From: Sinorhizobium meliloti
GTDB taxonomy: Bacteria > Pseudomonadota > Alphaproteobacteria > Rhizobiales > Rhizobiaceae
Assembly (NCBI RefSeq): GCF_017876815.1
Contig: NZ_JAGIOS010000003.1
Span: 1,260,001-1,292,000, forward strand
Reading direction: 5' to 3'
DNA length: 32,000 nt
The notes below the pieces were generated by a model that made no database searches, was not told where the DNA came from, and was given only the letters and a program-made list of their open reading frames with translations. The position numbers and the translations under genes were made by a program. Below, piece after piece: positions 23,401 through 31,459 of the stretch; the stretch's first letter is position 1, and each line of letters begins with the position of its first letter.

Positions 23401-24684
23401 CAGTCGGGCACGGACGAGGAGCAGAAAGCTGCCGCAGCCCATGCGCTCCACGAGGCCTATCTCGCCGGGCATATTCTGAAGTCGCGGATGGATGAACTTC
23501 TTTCGATACTGAGTATGTCGTTGCCGTCCAAGCCGTCACAGGTCGACCGACTGCTTCTCGGCCGCGGCGCGGTCGTGGAGCTCGCGCAGCTTGAAGTACT
23601 CGAGCAACTCGCTCGCGGCTTCCCGCTGATAGTCTCGCAGAAAGACATCGACTGGCTTTCCGGGCAGTTGGTCGAGGCGGAAGACGAGCAGCGCATGCGG
23701 ACGATGCTGCTCGAGCTTACGAAGACAGTATCGGAGAAACTTGCAGCATCGACCTGGAAGACCGTGCTGCCCAAGCGGTCCGCCGAAAACATCGAACGGT
23801 CCAGAAATATGCCACCCCATCTGCGATGCCTGGTGGAGACGCTGCCCGAAGAAGAGGAGCTCGGGAAAACGCTCTTCTGGATCGAAGACAGGACGCTCTC
23901 CCAGCAGCCCATTGGCGGCTCCCTTACGATGCGGGAGATCTTGTCCCATCTATCTCGAAAGAACAGGCTGTCCCGCGCCCGCATCTCGAAGCTCCATGGG
24001 GAGCTCCGGCAGTGGGGTTACCTCTTCATGCCGATCGACATCGAGGATCTTGCGACGATAATCGAGGCCTCGCCGGTGGTCGATGGAGAGCTTGTCGAGA
24101 ATGCTCGTGTCTCGGAAATACGCCGGTGGTTTGCGCGAGACGTTCAGCATCTCATATATCTCGAGCAGAAAAGCGACGTCGACAAGCAGGGCAGGGTCGT
24201 CGGTGAGGTTCGAAGAACGCTGGACCTATCGGGCCTGTCGCGCGATCTTCTGGCGAGGATCTGGCGCTCGCAGGTCGGCACAGACTCGGATCGCGCGGCG
24301 CGGTCCAACTGGATATGGCAGAACCTCCGAGTGACGCATCTGCCTCCTCCTGTCGGGACCGGTGCCACTGAAGGGCTTCGTTCCATTGCTGCTCTGGCAG
24401 GCGTCCAGGCCTTCACCTTGCCTATCCAAGCGGAGCTGTACAGCGCAAGGCTCTCTTCCCGTGCCGATTCCGATGAAGCCGCCCCTTTGTTCCGAGATGA
24501 TTGCGCCCCCGGTTTCCGGGATGATCTCGCCCCCTGTTTAGTGGGGTCTGCAGGCGATGATTGTTGTCAGTTCATTCAGGCGAGGTGTCAAGCTTTGCGC
24601 GGTAGATTTCGGCGCAGACTATCGCCGCTCAATTCGATGCGGTGGGCATTGTGGACCAACCTGTCGAGTATGGCATCGGCGTAG
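20434..24684 (+). CDS. 5' portion of a giant gene of about 2047 codons, disrupted by IS21. Native sequence ends at 24461 and the last ~74 codons are read-through into the IS.
   Basis: A GAGG RBS lies 5 nt before the ATG at 20434. The N-terminal 200 aa resemble Mrr-like PD-(D/E)xK nucleases: FEEICRDLMRQSYPDL...QFGVDVEGFNDLQEPAVVVSAKCYKD...EFIIAVS...IKFKIWDSVEISEML. The remainder is long and Leu/Ala/Arg-rich, with a helical-repeat appearance. I found no GxxxxGK[ST] motif. Confidence 0.85.
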   Translation: MGGKKKSKTKVSPEPRRYETPPADAITLPSLKRHSVLPLVDVGSRQFEEICRDLMRQSYPDLRPVMKRRSGQPQFGVDVEGFNDLQEPAVVVSAKCYKDIQPWEFRAWIEDFTTHLEGHWKGKGVKEFIIAVSIERNNDDMNDAARELARVLASNNIKFKIWDSVEISEMLGKDPRLIDRYFNEAWVKALSADFDVGTSTAATGALVSARGPTASQGAILSQIESLYVGPLNQMLSATLEDAVSDLRRGKPSKIKRWLQDARSDFITWQGAEPDLKAKGLRASAMVILGEGDLDGAEQLLDEADAFVPPPDRTARAYLIRARSGGAAARKYLQDPDGRRERELMAALLIEARQPNKALEPLAPLIGDEASAEVLRLRAIATLLTGGRRSEAINLVVSATTKEPDSAMALFARGAVRFACALVDGVDLQFGGVPNPIGRSLVRSTPEARTHLSHAAADFDRLLDTVEGDFRREVEVWKLAALLLNPDTRAAGRSFARSLFARDDYDPSAVAWALLSGLPLRQGRIKKTLGDALREGKGTPGHVAILALMAAGPSHPERGMAVIEKFASMFPDAGDFFDHWRGQFATKDGEDAESFSAVMRHTLATKDVGQLFTFLTTGDVPIENLLAGSEMLASMDAFRELDALRGKLAHLGSGRAVELAAVAALNNGNPRAAISILNSARADGIDMSRRLSYVRLKSWEALGSHRELIDDIQSLLREHEDPLLRDELLNAYLRIGSLDGIREQAEFVLKHGEIDQRKAVQVALALRSYAPEIARQALEGIGTEGLPEDLSGAVLELSSRLGLATLQDEIIRKMVANSASKETVQRFDSVEDVLKVLEEHAKEYRSRLDQWMHGRLPAAAAMRGDPKDYISLFLAQPATRHNRLGDALPMMLLSGKPHDAGALPDGERPALRLDLSALLIAARCELLDDLEHCFQIHIPESLPEVLVLVTAEFHQVLPLVAGAVRTLASGDSAVEICQSPPDGVMELFAFQSGTDEEQKAAAAHALHEAYLAGHILKSRMDELLSILSMSLPSKPSQVDRLLLGRGAVVELAQLEVLEQLARGFPLIVSQKDIDWLSGQLVEAEDEQRMRTMLLELTKTVSEKLAASTWKTVLPKRSAENIERSRNMPPHLRCLVETLPEEEELGKTLFWIEDRTLSQQPIGGSLTMREILSHLSRKNRLSRARISKLHGELRQWGYLFMPIDIEDLATIIEASPVVDGELVENARVSEIRRWFARDVQHLIYLEQKSDVDKQGRVVGEVRRTLDLSGLSRDLLARIWRSQVGTDSDRAARSNWIWQNLRVTHLPPPVGTGATEGLRSIAALAGVQAFTLPIQAELYSARLSSRADSDEAAPLFRDDCAPGFRDDLAPCLVGSAGDDCCQFIQARCQALRGRFRRRLSPLNSMRWALWTNLSSMASA
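24453..24461. repeat. Left copy of the 9-bp direct repeat (CTCTTCCCG) flanking the IS21-family element
   Basis: It is identical to 27060-27068 and directly abuts the IS terminus TG. Confidence 0.9.
24462..24534. repeat. IS21 multiple terminal repeats at the istB-proximal end, three copies about 24 bp apart
   Basis: The repeats are TTCCGATGAAGCCGCCCC, TTCCGAGATGATTGCGCCCCC and TTCCGGGATGATCTCGCCCCC. They are the reverse-complement counterparts of the repeats at 26962-27056. Confidence 0.8.
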
Positions 24685-25325
24685 GTTGGGTCGCCAATGA
24701 CGCCGTGCCATGCGGACACGGGAAGTTGGCTGGTAATGATCGTTGATTTGCGTCCATAGCGATCTTCGAGGATTTCCAGCAGGTCGTGGCGGGCCTGTTC
24801 GTTGAGCGGCTCGAGCCCCCAATCATCCAGTATCAGGAGCTGAACATGGCCCAAGGTTCGTTGCAGGCGGGCGTAGCGGCCATCACCACGCGCGAGCGCA
24901 AGCTGGGCAAACAGCCTTGGGACACGCTGATAGAGAACTGAGCGATCGTCTCGGCAAGCCTTGTGGCCGAGAGCGCAAGCCAACCAACTCTTTCCGACAC
25001 CCGAGGGTCCGCAAATGGCCAGATTGTCATGGGCGTTGATCCAGTCGCCACCGAGCAGCTTCATGAAGAGAGCACGGTCGAGGCCGCGGTCGGCGCGATA
25101 GTCGACATCTTCTGGGGTGGCCTGGTGGCGAAGCTTGGCAAACCTGAGGCGTGCCGCAAGCTTCCGATCGTAACGGGAGCTCCACTCCCGTTCGAGCAGC
25201 AGTCCGAGCCATTCGGCGTGCGAGAGATGTTCGGCTTCGCCGTTGGCAACAAGTTCGCCAAAGGCCTTTGCCATGCCGGCCAGGCCCATGGCATTCAATT
25301 TATCCAGTGTTGGATGGGCAAGCAT
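24588..25325 (-). CDS. istB: IS21-family helper ATPase IstB
   Basis: The 245-aa ORF has a Walker A motif (GPSGVGKSWLACALG) and a Walker B motif (LLILDDWG). It follows istA after a 12-nt gap. Confidence 0.95.
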   Translation of the reverse strand: MLAHPTLDKLNAMGLAGMAKAFGELVANGEAEHLSHAEWLGLLLEREWSSRYDRKLAARLRFAKLRHQATPEDVDYRADRGLDRALFMKLLGGDWINAHDNLAICGPSGVGKSWLACALGHKACRDDRSVLYQRVPRLFAQLALARGDGRYARLQRTLGHVQLLILDDWGLEPLNEQARHDLLEILEDRYGRKSTIITSQLPVSAWHGVIGDPTYADAILDRLVHNAHRIELSGDSLRRNLPRKA

Positions 25326-25337
25326 CTTTCGTTCTCC

Positions 25338-26888
25338 TTAGTGGTAATAGCGAGGTCCGCGGATGTTGGCGTGATGGATCGGTTCATGCGGCGCCGCTCC
25401 ATTTGAGGCAGCCGTCCGGTCAAGGTGATTGTCGAGGATGGATCGCACCGAGCCATAGGTTCGTGCGCCAATCTCCAACGCACGGCCGCAAGCGGCATTG
25501 ACCCTGTCGCGGCCGAAGCTCTTGTTGAGGCGGATGATGCCGAGGCAAGCTCGAAAGCCCTGCTCGGGATGAGGCCTGTCGGCAAGAATGCGCTCGCACA
25601 ACAGCGCAACATCCGGCCCCATCGCAGAGGCTTCGCGTTGAATCCGTTCAATCGTCCAGTCGGCAAAGCGGCGATGCGCAGAGGGCATATGATCGGGGAT
25701 CGTCGTGTGCTTGCCGTTGCCGCTGGAGCGCCGGTGAGCGGCAATTCGCTCGCCCTTGTGGAAGATCTCGATCGTATTGGCGGTGATACGAGCCTCGACC
25801 TGCTCGCGGGCAAAGCGATAGGGAACGGAATAATAGTGCCGCTCGATCTCGACGTGATAATCCAGCCCGGCGCGCCGGATACGCCATTCGGCAAAGACAT
25901 AACGTTCGACAGGCAGCGGTCGCAAAGCCGGACGATCAAGCTCCTCGAACAATTGGCGGCGCGTGGCGCCGACACGGCGCAGAACGCGCTTATCATTGAG
26001 ATCATGGAGCAATTGGCCAATCGCCGCATTGACCTCGGCCAAACTATAGAAGATGCGATGGCGCAGCCGGCCCAACAGCCAACGTTCGACGATACGAACC
26101 GCAGCTTCCACTTTCGCCTTGTCCCGCGGGCGTCGCGGCCGCGTCGGCAAGACGGCGCTGCCATAATGGGCCGCCATCCCGCAATACGTCCGGTTGACCT
26201 GGGGATCGAAGTGGCAGGCCTTGATGATCGCTACCTTGGCATTGTCGGGAACCAGCAAGGCTGGCGCACCGCCAAAGAACTCCAGCGCCAGGATATGGCA
26301 TTCAATCCAGTCGGGAAGCGTCTCGCTCCAACGTGCCTGCGCATATGAAAGGCTGGATGCTCCCAGAACCGCCACGAACAGGTGCGCCTGCCGTGTCTTG
26401 CCGGACAGCCGATCAACGACAACCGTGACCGTGTCGCCGGCGTAGTCGACGAACAGCTTGTCGCCGGCCGCGTGATCCTGCCGCATCGTCACAGGCAACT
26501 TCATCGCCCAGCCGCGGTAGAGGTCACAGAAGCGACTGTAACGATAGCCCTCCGGATAACGGCTGATGTATTCGTCCCAAAGGATCTGCAGCGTCATATG
26601 CTTGCGCTTCAGCTCGCGGTGGACCTGCGTCCAGTCCGGCTCAGGGCTCCGACGATGACCCGTCTTCGTCCCGCCTGCCTTGTAAAGCGCCGCTTCCAGG
26701 ACTGCATCGCTGATGTCGTCACCCAACGGCCACGATAGCTCCGCAATGGCCGCACGCCGAAGCGTCTCGCGCACCGTCGATGGCGCAGCTCCAACCCGAA
26801 CCGCGATCGACTTGTGGCCAAGTCCTTGTTCGAAGCGATATCTCAATATCTCGCGGACACGCCGCATCTCCAGTCTCTCCGCAGGCAT
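25338..26888 (-). CDS. istA: IS21-family DDE transposase IstA
   Basis: The 516-aa ORF has an N-terminal HTH (MRRVREILRYRFEQGLGHKSIAVRVG). Integrase-core landmarks are LFVDYAGDT, LVPDNAKVAI and PRDKAKVE. Confidence 0.95.
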   Translation of the reverse strand: MPAERLEMRRVREILRYRFEQGLGHKSIAVRVGAAPSTVRETLRRAAIAELSWPLGDDISDAVLEAALYKAGGTKTGHRRSPEPDWTQVHRELKRKHMTLQILWDEYISRYPEGYRYSRFCDLYRGWAMKLPVTMRQDHAAGDKLFVDYAGDTVTVVVDRLSGKTRQAHLFVAVLGASSLSYAQARWSETLPDWIECHILALEFFGGAPALLVPDNAKVAIIKACHFDPQVNRTYCGMAAHYGSAVLPTRPRRPRDKAKVEAAVRIVERWLLGRLRHRIFYSLAEVNAAIGQLLHDLNDKRVLRRVGATRRQLFEELDRPALRPLPVERYVFAEWRIRRAGLDYHVEIERHYYSVPYRFAREQVEARITANTIEIFHKGERIAAHRRSSGNGKHTTIPDHMPSAHRRFADWTIERIQREASAMGPDVALLCERILADRPHPEQGFRACLGIIRLNKSFGRDRVNAACGRALEIGARTYGSVRSILDNHLDRTAASNGAAPHEPIHHANIRGPRYYH

Positions 26889-26961
26889 CCCGTTCCTTCC
26901 TCGTCACGTCGAAGGAAGAAACTTCACACCAGCAGAACACCCACGCCAGATGCTTTCCGAT

Positions 26962-27059
26962 GGGGGCGGCATCATCTCGGAATCAGGGGGCGACTATTTC
27001 TCGGAATTGGGGGGCGAGATCATTTCGGAATCAGGGGGCGGATTGCCTCGGAATTTGCA
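26962..27059. repeat. IS21 multiple terminal repeats at the istA-proximal end, four copies with about 24-bp period
   Basis: The repeats are GGGGGCGGCATCATCTCGGAATC, GGGGGCGACTATTTCTCGGAATT, GGGGGCGAGATCATTTCGGAATC and GGGGGCGGATTGCCTCGGAATT, followed by TGCA. Confidence 0.8.
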
Positions 27060-27068
27060 CTCTTCCCG
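27060..27068. repeat. Right copy of the 9-bp direct repeat (CTCTTCCCG)
   Basis: It is identical to 24453-24461 and lies in the same codon phase of the interrupted ORF. Confidence 0.9.
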
Positions 27069-29184
27069 CGCCAGCAAGGCCTACATGGAATGGGCGCTCT
27101 CGTCGGCAATCGGTCCGATGGTCGATGCGGACGCCGAGATCCTAGAGACGATCTCGGACATGACCGCAGCAATGCTGGCCCGTATCGTCGAACGGGATGA
27201 AGCCACGAAATCCGACTCCGACGGCGAGGAAATCGCCAAAGCATTTCGCCTGATTGTGCGGAGGTTCCTCGCTCTTCTGCCTGACGAGTGGGAGGAACGG
27301 GTCACGAGCCGACGTGACCTCAAGCGGACGCTCGGGATCGAACGCGTGATGCTCATTACCATCGATGGCAAGCTCCAGGTTTCGGTTCGAGTTCTGCAGG
27401 AGGCTATCGAGGGATGCCTGCAGAAGGGGACGAATCGCGCGGACATCAAGCTGTATGACGGGAAAACTAATGCCCGCCTGGAACTCGGCTCCGACGATGC
27501 TGATCTGCCGACTGCACTGCTCAAGATCGGAAAGCGGAAGCTGCCGCTCCATAGGAGCACTCTGGCACTCGTGCATCCAGTGCAAAACGTTCGCGAGCAG
27601 CTTCTGGCTGATCTGGAGGGTAAGGGCAGCGTGGGACGTCCATTCACCGCAGAGTATCTTGTCGCGTTAGGGAGCGAGGAGGATGTCGAAAAACGGGTGG
27701 CCGATTTCCACCATCGCTTGAGCTCTGACTTTGCGAGGCGCAAGGAACTCATGGCGGAAAGCCTGTCTAGGTCAGGAACTAGCCAGGTCTCGGATTTGGA
27801 CCTCCCGCCTGTCGGCGAGATGCTGAACTATCTCGGTCTGCCCGCAGAGTTTCGAGGATCGCCACATGAGTTGGCCGAGGCCTCGTTGAAGGCGCTGCGC
27901 GGCTCCCTGGGCATCGAACGGGCCATGTGCCGGGTATCAAGTCTTCCTGTCGAAATACCCAGGAACGAGATGGTCGAATTTGCGAAAGCAATTTCCGGCA
28001 AGGCCGACGACTGGCCCAGGGAAGAGTCAGTGCTATCCGCGCTCTTCTGGCTAATGTGCCAGACGGCGACCGGGCAGCCTGTCACGGACGACGAAGCGTG
28101 GTTGAAGCGCAGCATTACGAAGGAACGCGCAAAGCTGCTGACCACCTTCATTCGGCACAGCGCTCGACAAGCGCTAGAAAGTGACGAATGGAGGGCCCTG
28201 TCTCCCGATTTCGCTTTTTGCCTAATCTGGGTGCACGCCGACCAGCTTGCTCGAGCCTTCGCCTCGTCAAACATCGATCTTCCTCAATTTACAGCGTGGC
28301 TCGCGAGAAAATCCCGGTCCACGTTTTTCGATTTCGAGCGTGAGGCGATCTGGGACGACTGGGTAGTCAACATATCCTTGCAGCTTCCAGCTACCCTTCT
28401 TATCGCAAAGCTCGTCGGGCGTCTGTTGTCCGGCGGGGTTTCAATCCCTGAGCATTTGAAGGATCTACTGGGGCAGCAGGTGGGCGAACGATGGACTCCT
28501 TTCCCGGAGGCGATCGTTCCAACACCTGAGGGTGCGCCGGAGAACTTCTGGGCGGCTAAGGATCCCATGCCGCCCATGATCAAAGATGGCTGGCTTGGAG
28601 AAGATCATCCCTTTCAAGAGCGCGACCAGGAAAAGCTTCTGTCGCGCATTTTTGAAGAGGCTGAGGACGGCGACCCGGCTTTCTTCGCGTCGATGGTCAG
28701 TCTCCTGATCGACATCGACAAGGTGCAAGCCGAGCGTTTGGACTTAATTCTTGAGAGGCTTGATTTGGCACTCTCGGCGCCTGGGGCGAAATCGGAACCT
28801 AGCTACGGTTTGGTAACCGATCTCGTTGCGCAGGTGTTGGGTCGGAAAGGGGACCCGGAAGCGTTTGGAAGGTGGCTTCGAAAGGCAACCGAGGAGGGCG
28901 CGCAATTGAAGCCTCACGGCAGGCTGACCTTATCCGACGAACATGAAGGCGGTCGCGTTTTGGTCGCATTGCTCAACGCCATCTATATCTTCGCGAAATG
29001 CGGGCAGCATGAACTACCAGAACGGATACGGACGATCACAACGCATTTTAGAAGTGTCGTGGAGATTTGGCCGGCGTCGCTGCTACCGGTAATCGGTTGT
29101 CTCAACAGAATGGCGCAGGAACTCGGCGTGGACATTTCCAAACATGACATCCTGCCTGCGCTTCTCGATTTAAGAAGCCTCTGA
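27069..29184 (+). CDS. 3' portion (704 codons plus stop) of the IS21-disrupted giant gene
   Basis: The 26713-29184 frame is continuous with the left half once the IS and one repeat copy are removed (..ARLSS-R-ASKAYMEWALSS..). The sequence is helical and repeat-like with no recognisable catalytic motif. The part of the ORF upstream of 27069 is IS sequence. Confidence 0.85.
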
Positions 29185-29632
29185 AGTCGCGGTATCGGTG
29201 ACGATACCTGTAGGCTGATCGACCGCCAAAACTATCGAGGGAATCGACAAACTGATGTGAACCATCGACCCTATGTGCCACGGAGGATTGCGCATGAAGG
29301 TAAGGTCGATACAAACCAATGAGCCGGGGATCGGCATCAAGGAACACCCTAACGCTACAACGCCAGATCATCGCGGCCGTTGCAGGGATCTCGGCGAGGC
29401 CCACGCTTACACTGCTCGCATGATAATGGACCAGATGGGCGGCAATCGCAGCCTTGATCTGGGATATGCCCTGGAGTGGCGCTACGGGTTCATATCCTCC
29501 TTCGCAAGCGGCGGCGAAATGTTCCTTGAAACGGGTTAGTTCGCCTGACTGAAGCGATTTTGATTCCCTCACCGCACTAATGGTAAGTTGATCGAAACGG
29601 GGCGCTGTCGGAGGCCCCATTAGTTCACACAT
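29102..29632 (-). CDS. Doubtful hypothetical ORF, divergent from the 29707 gene
   Basis: The 176-aa ORF runs from ATG 29632 (MCELMGPPTAPRFDQ...). Its 3' end overlaps the giant gene by 83 nt and has an Arg/Tyr low-complexity tail. It is the only long ORF in a gap of about 520 nt. I recognise no family. Confidence 0.25.
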   Translation of the reverse strand: MCELMGPPTAPRFDQLTISAVRESKSLQSGELTRFKEHFAAACEGGYEPVAPLQGISQIKAAIAAHLVHYHASSVSVGLAEIPATAAMIWRCSVRVFLDADPRLIGLYRPYLHAQSSVAHRVDGSHQFVDSLDSFGGRSAYRYRHRYRDFRGFLNREAQAGCHVWKCPRRVPAPFC

Positions 29633-29706
29633 GCTTTCAACGACGAAAGCTCGGAAATCGCTTGATAAGAATCTTATATACGTCAACGAAATACGAGATT
29701 GGCTTC

Positions 29707-31017
29707 ATGATATTTGCGCGAAGGGCTCTGCAGCGACGATTGAGAGAGCTGAGAGCTAAGATAGGCGACAGTGCGGTCGACGGCATCGTTGCTCGCCTCA
29801 ATCTACCCGGCCGGGACCGCGTCGCAGCAATGTGGGAAGTCGTTGTCCTGCATGGACTGGCGGAATGCGGCAACCTTGTTAGTGAGCAACCACTGCCTTC
29901 AGGTAGGCGCCCGGATGCTTGGTTCGACAACGGGCGCCTTAGGTTCACTGCCGATGTGACGACCGCCTCTGACGAAGGGTTGGACAAACAGAACCCCTAC
30001 TCGAAGCTCAGCGACCTCATCGAGCGAGCGAAAGGGAAACTGGGTTTGCCGATTGGTGGCGTTGACGTGCAGGTCCATTCCAGAACTCACGAAAGCTCGC
30101 GAGGGAAGCGCACCTTTCTCAAGCTCCCGCCCGTCGGGAGACTCGAGTCTTTTGTCCAAGACAATCTCATGCCTCGATTTCGAGAGCAACTCGACGCCGG
30201 GGAAGCGGTACTGCGGGCGTCCATCGACGACGATCAGCTTGGTATCGAAGTCGCCATTGATCCATCGAAGTCACCGTACAGTTCCGTCGGCTTCACCGCA
30301 TATAACCTTCCAACAATCAAGGATCGAAATCCGCTCTATAGCGCGCTTAAGGAAAAAGCAGAGCAGCTGCATGGCGCAGACGGTATCACCGGCGTGATAC
30401 TTGGAGATGGCGACTGCGCCGCACTGGCCGAACGAGAGGCCTCGCAGCACTACGTGTCAGCTGACGCGATCGCCAGAGAGTTGCTGCGTCAATATTCCTC
30501 GGTTAACTTCGTTCTCCTGCTTACCATCCGTGAGAAGCGGTGGCACTATTTCCCGCCGAATGATCCCAGACGCCGTGTCCACCCAATTTTGGTATGTAGG
30601 GAAGGGGATCCTCTGCGAACGGAACTGGAAGCGATATTCGGCGCGATGCTCGAACAATTCCCACCGCCGGTGATGATGCCAAAGAACGGGTCGCTGCGGG
30701 CGCGGGAAAAGGGCTTCGATTCCGGACATCATGGAGCATATCAGTTGGAAGGCTGCAAAATACGAATGAGCTCGCGGGAACTGATGGAGGTTCTCGCCGG
30801 GCTGCGAACGCTTGACGACAATGGGGCGCGTAATGTGGAAGCCAGCCGTCGTCTTCCATCGGCACCAAACCCGACGAAGCAGGCTTTTCTCCGCAAACTC
30901 CTAGACGGGCGGCTTCCGGTTCGCATCAGTGTTGATGAAACAGGCGAGAACGACAACGATGATTGGATCGAGTTTGAGTTCGGCGAGGCCGATGCGGCGA
31001 TAGCGCCCTTCGAGTGA
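29707..31017 (+). CDS. Hypothetical 436-aa protein downstream of the giant gene
   Basis: The ORF frame spans 29662-31017. The likely start is the ATG at 29707 (MIFARRALQRRLRELRAKI), and the RBS is weak. The N-terminal segment WEVVVLHGLAECG...GRRPDAWFDNGRLRFTADVTTASD has an E...PD...D-x-T arrangement that vaguely recalls PD-(D/E)xK folds. Confidence 0.65.
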   Translation: MIFARRALQRRLRELRAKIGDSAVDGIVARLNLPGRDRVAAMWEVVVLHGLAECGNLVSEQPLPSGRRPDAWFDNGRLRFTADVTTASDEGLDKQNPYSKLSDLIERAKGKLGLPIGGVDVQVHSRTHESSRGKRTFLKLPPVGRLESFVQDNLMPRFREQLDAGEAVLRASIDDDQLGIEVAIDPSKSPYSSVGFTAYNLPTIKDRNPLYSALKEKAEQLHGADGITGVILGDGDCAALAEREASQHYVSADAIARELLRQYSSVNFVLLLTIREKRWHYFPPNDPRRRVHPILVCREGDPLRTELEAIFGAMLEQFPPPVMMPKNGSLRAREKGFDSGHHGAYQLEGCKIRMSSRELMEVLAGLRTLDDNGARNVEASRRLPSAPNPTKQAFLRKLLDGRLPVRISVDETGENDNDDWIEFEFGEADAAIAPFE

Positions 31018-31459
31018 TATTTCGGCTAGGGTGCTCGGCGCGTGACCTTGCCCCAAGGTGCAGGCCATCGCCGCAGCCGTTCTGGCGTGCTGCGACAACC
31101 GCGTCCAGCTTTAAGGCGCGAATTCCCACCTCGTATGCCCATCGCGAGTGTCTCGGCAAATGGGCGGTACCATCTCTACAGGCTGATCGACTTAACGTCC
31201 CCGGCCTGCGGTCTCCCTGGCACCTTCTAAGACGCCGTCCAGAGGAGCGGCAAGTGATATGGCGATAGCACCGCGGATCTCTCGTGGCCAGCGGCCATAG
31301 GCGTTAGATAGGCCGGACGGGGCCTTGCGCAACAAATGCCTTGCTAACCGGGCCGTTCCACATATGAGGAAGACCCTAATTAGTTCCAAAGCGCCAGGGC
31401 AATCCGCGATCCTCAGCCCAATGAGATTGGCCTGAAGCCGTAATTAGGTCGTTGGCTAG

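Larger units (their letters stand above)
24462..27059 (-). mobile_element. IS21-family insertion sequence (2598 bp) with intact istA and istB
   Basis: The termini are TGCCGATTCCGATGAAGCCGCCCC... and ...GGGGCGGATTGCCTCGGAATTTGCA, imperfect inverted repeats with TG..CA ends. Multiple internal terminal repeats, istA plus istB on the minus strand, and a 9-bp flanking direct repeat are all present. Confidence 0.95.

Noticed and set aside
25295-26348. Long alternative-frame ORFs, 289 aa on the minus strand and 307 aa on the plus strand, within istA
   Set aside because: istA has unambiguous IS21 transposase motifs in its own frame. The others are GC-driven open frames with low-complexity composition.
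26962-27056. Four evenly spaced repeats of about 23 bp that superficially resemble a mini CRISPR array
   Set aside because: They abut the IS21 terminus and have three reverse-complement counterparts at the other IS end. The gaps between them are only 1-2 nt. They are IS21 transposase-binding terminal repeats.
26713-27068. The N-terminal ~118 aa of the 823-aa ORF, including an apparent peptide repeat GGGIISESGGDYFSELGGEIISESGGGLPRN
   Set aside because: This is just a translation of the inside end of IS21, antisense to the start of istA, and of its ~24-bp multiple terminal repeats. It is not native protein sequence or a protein repeat domain.
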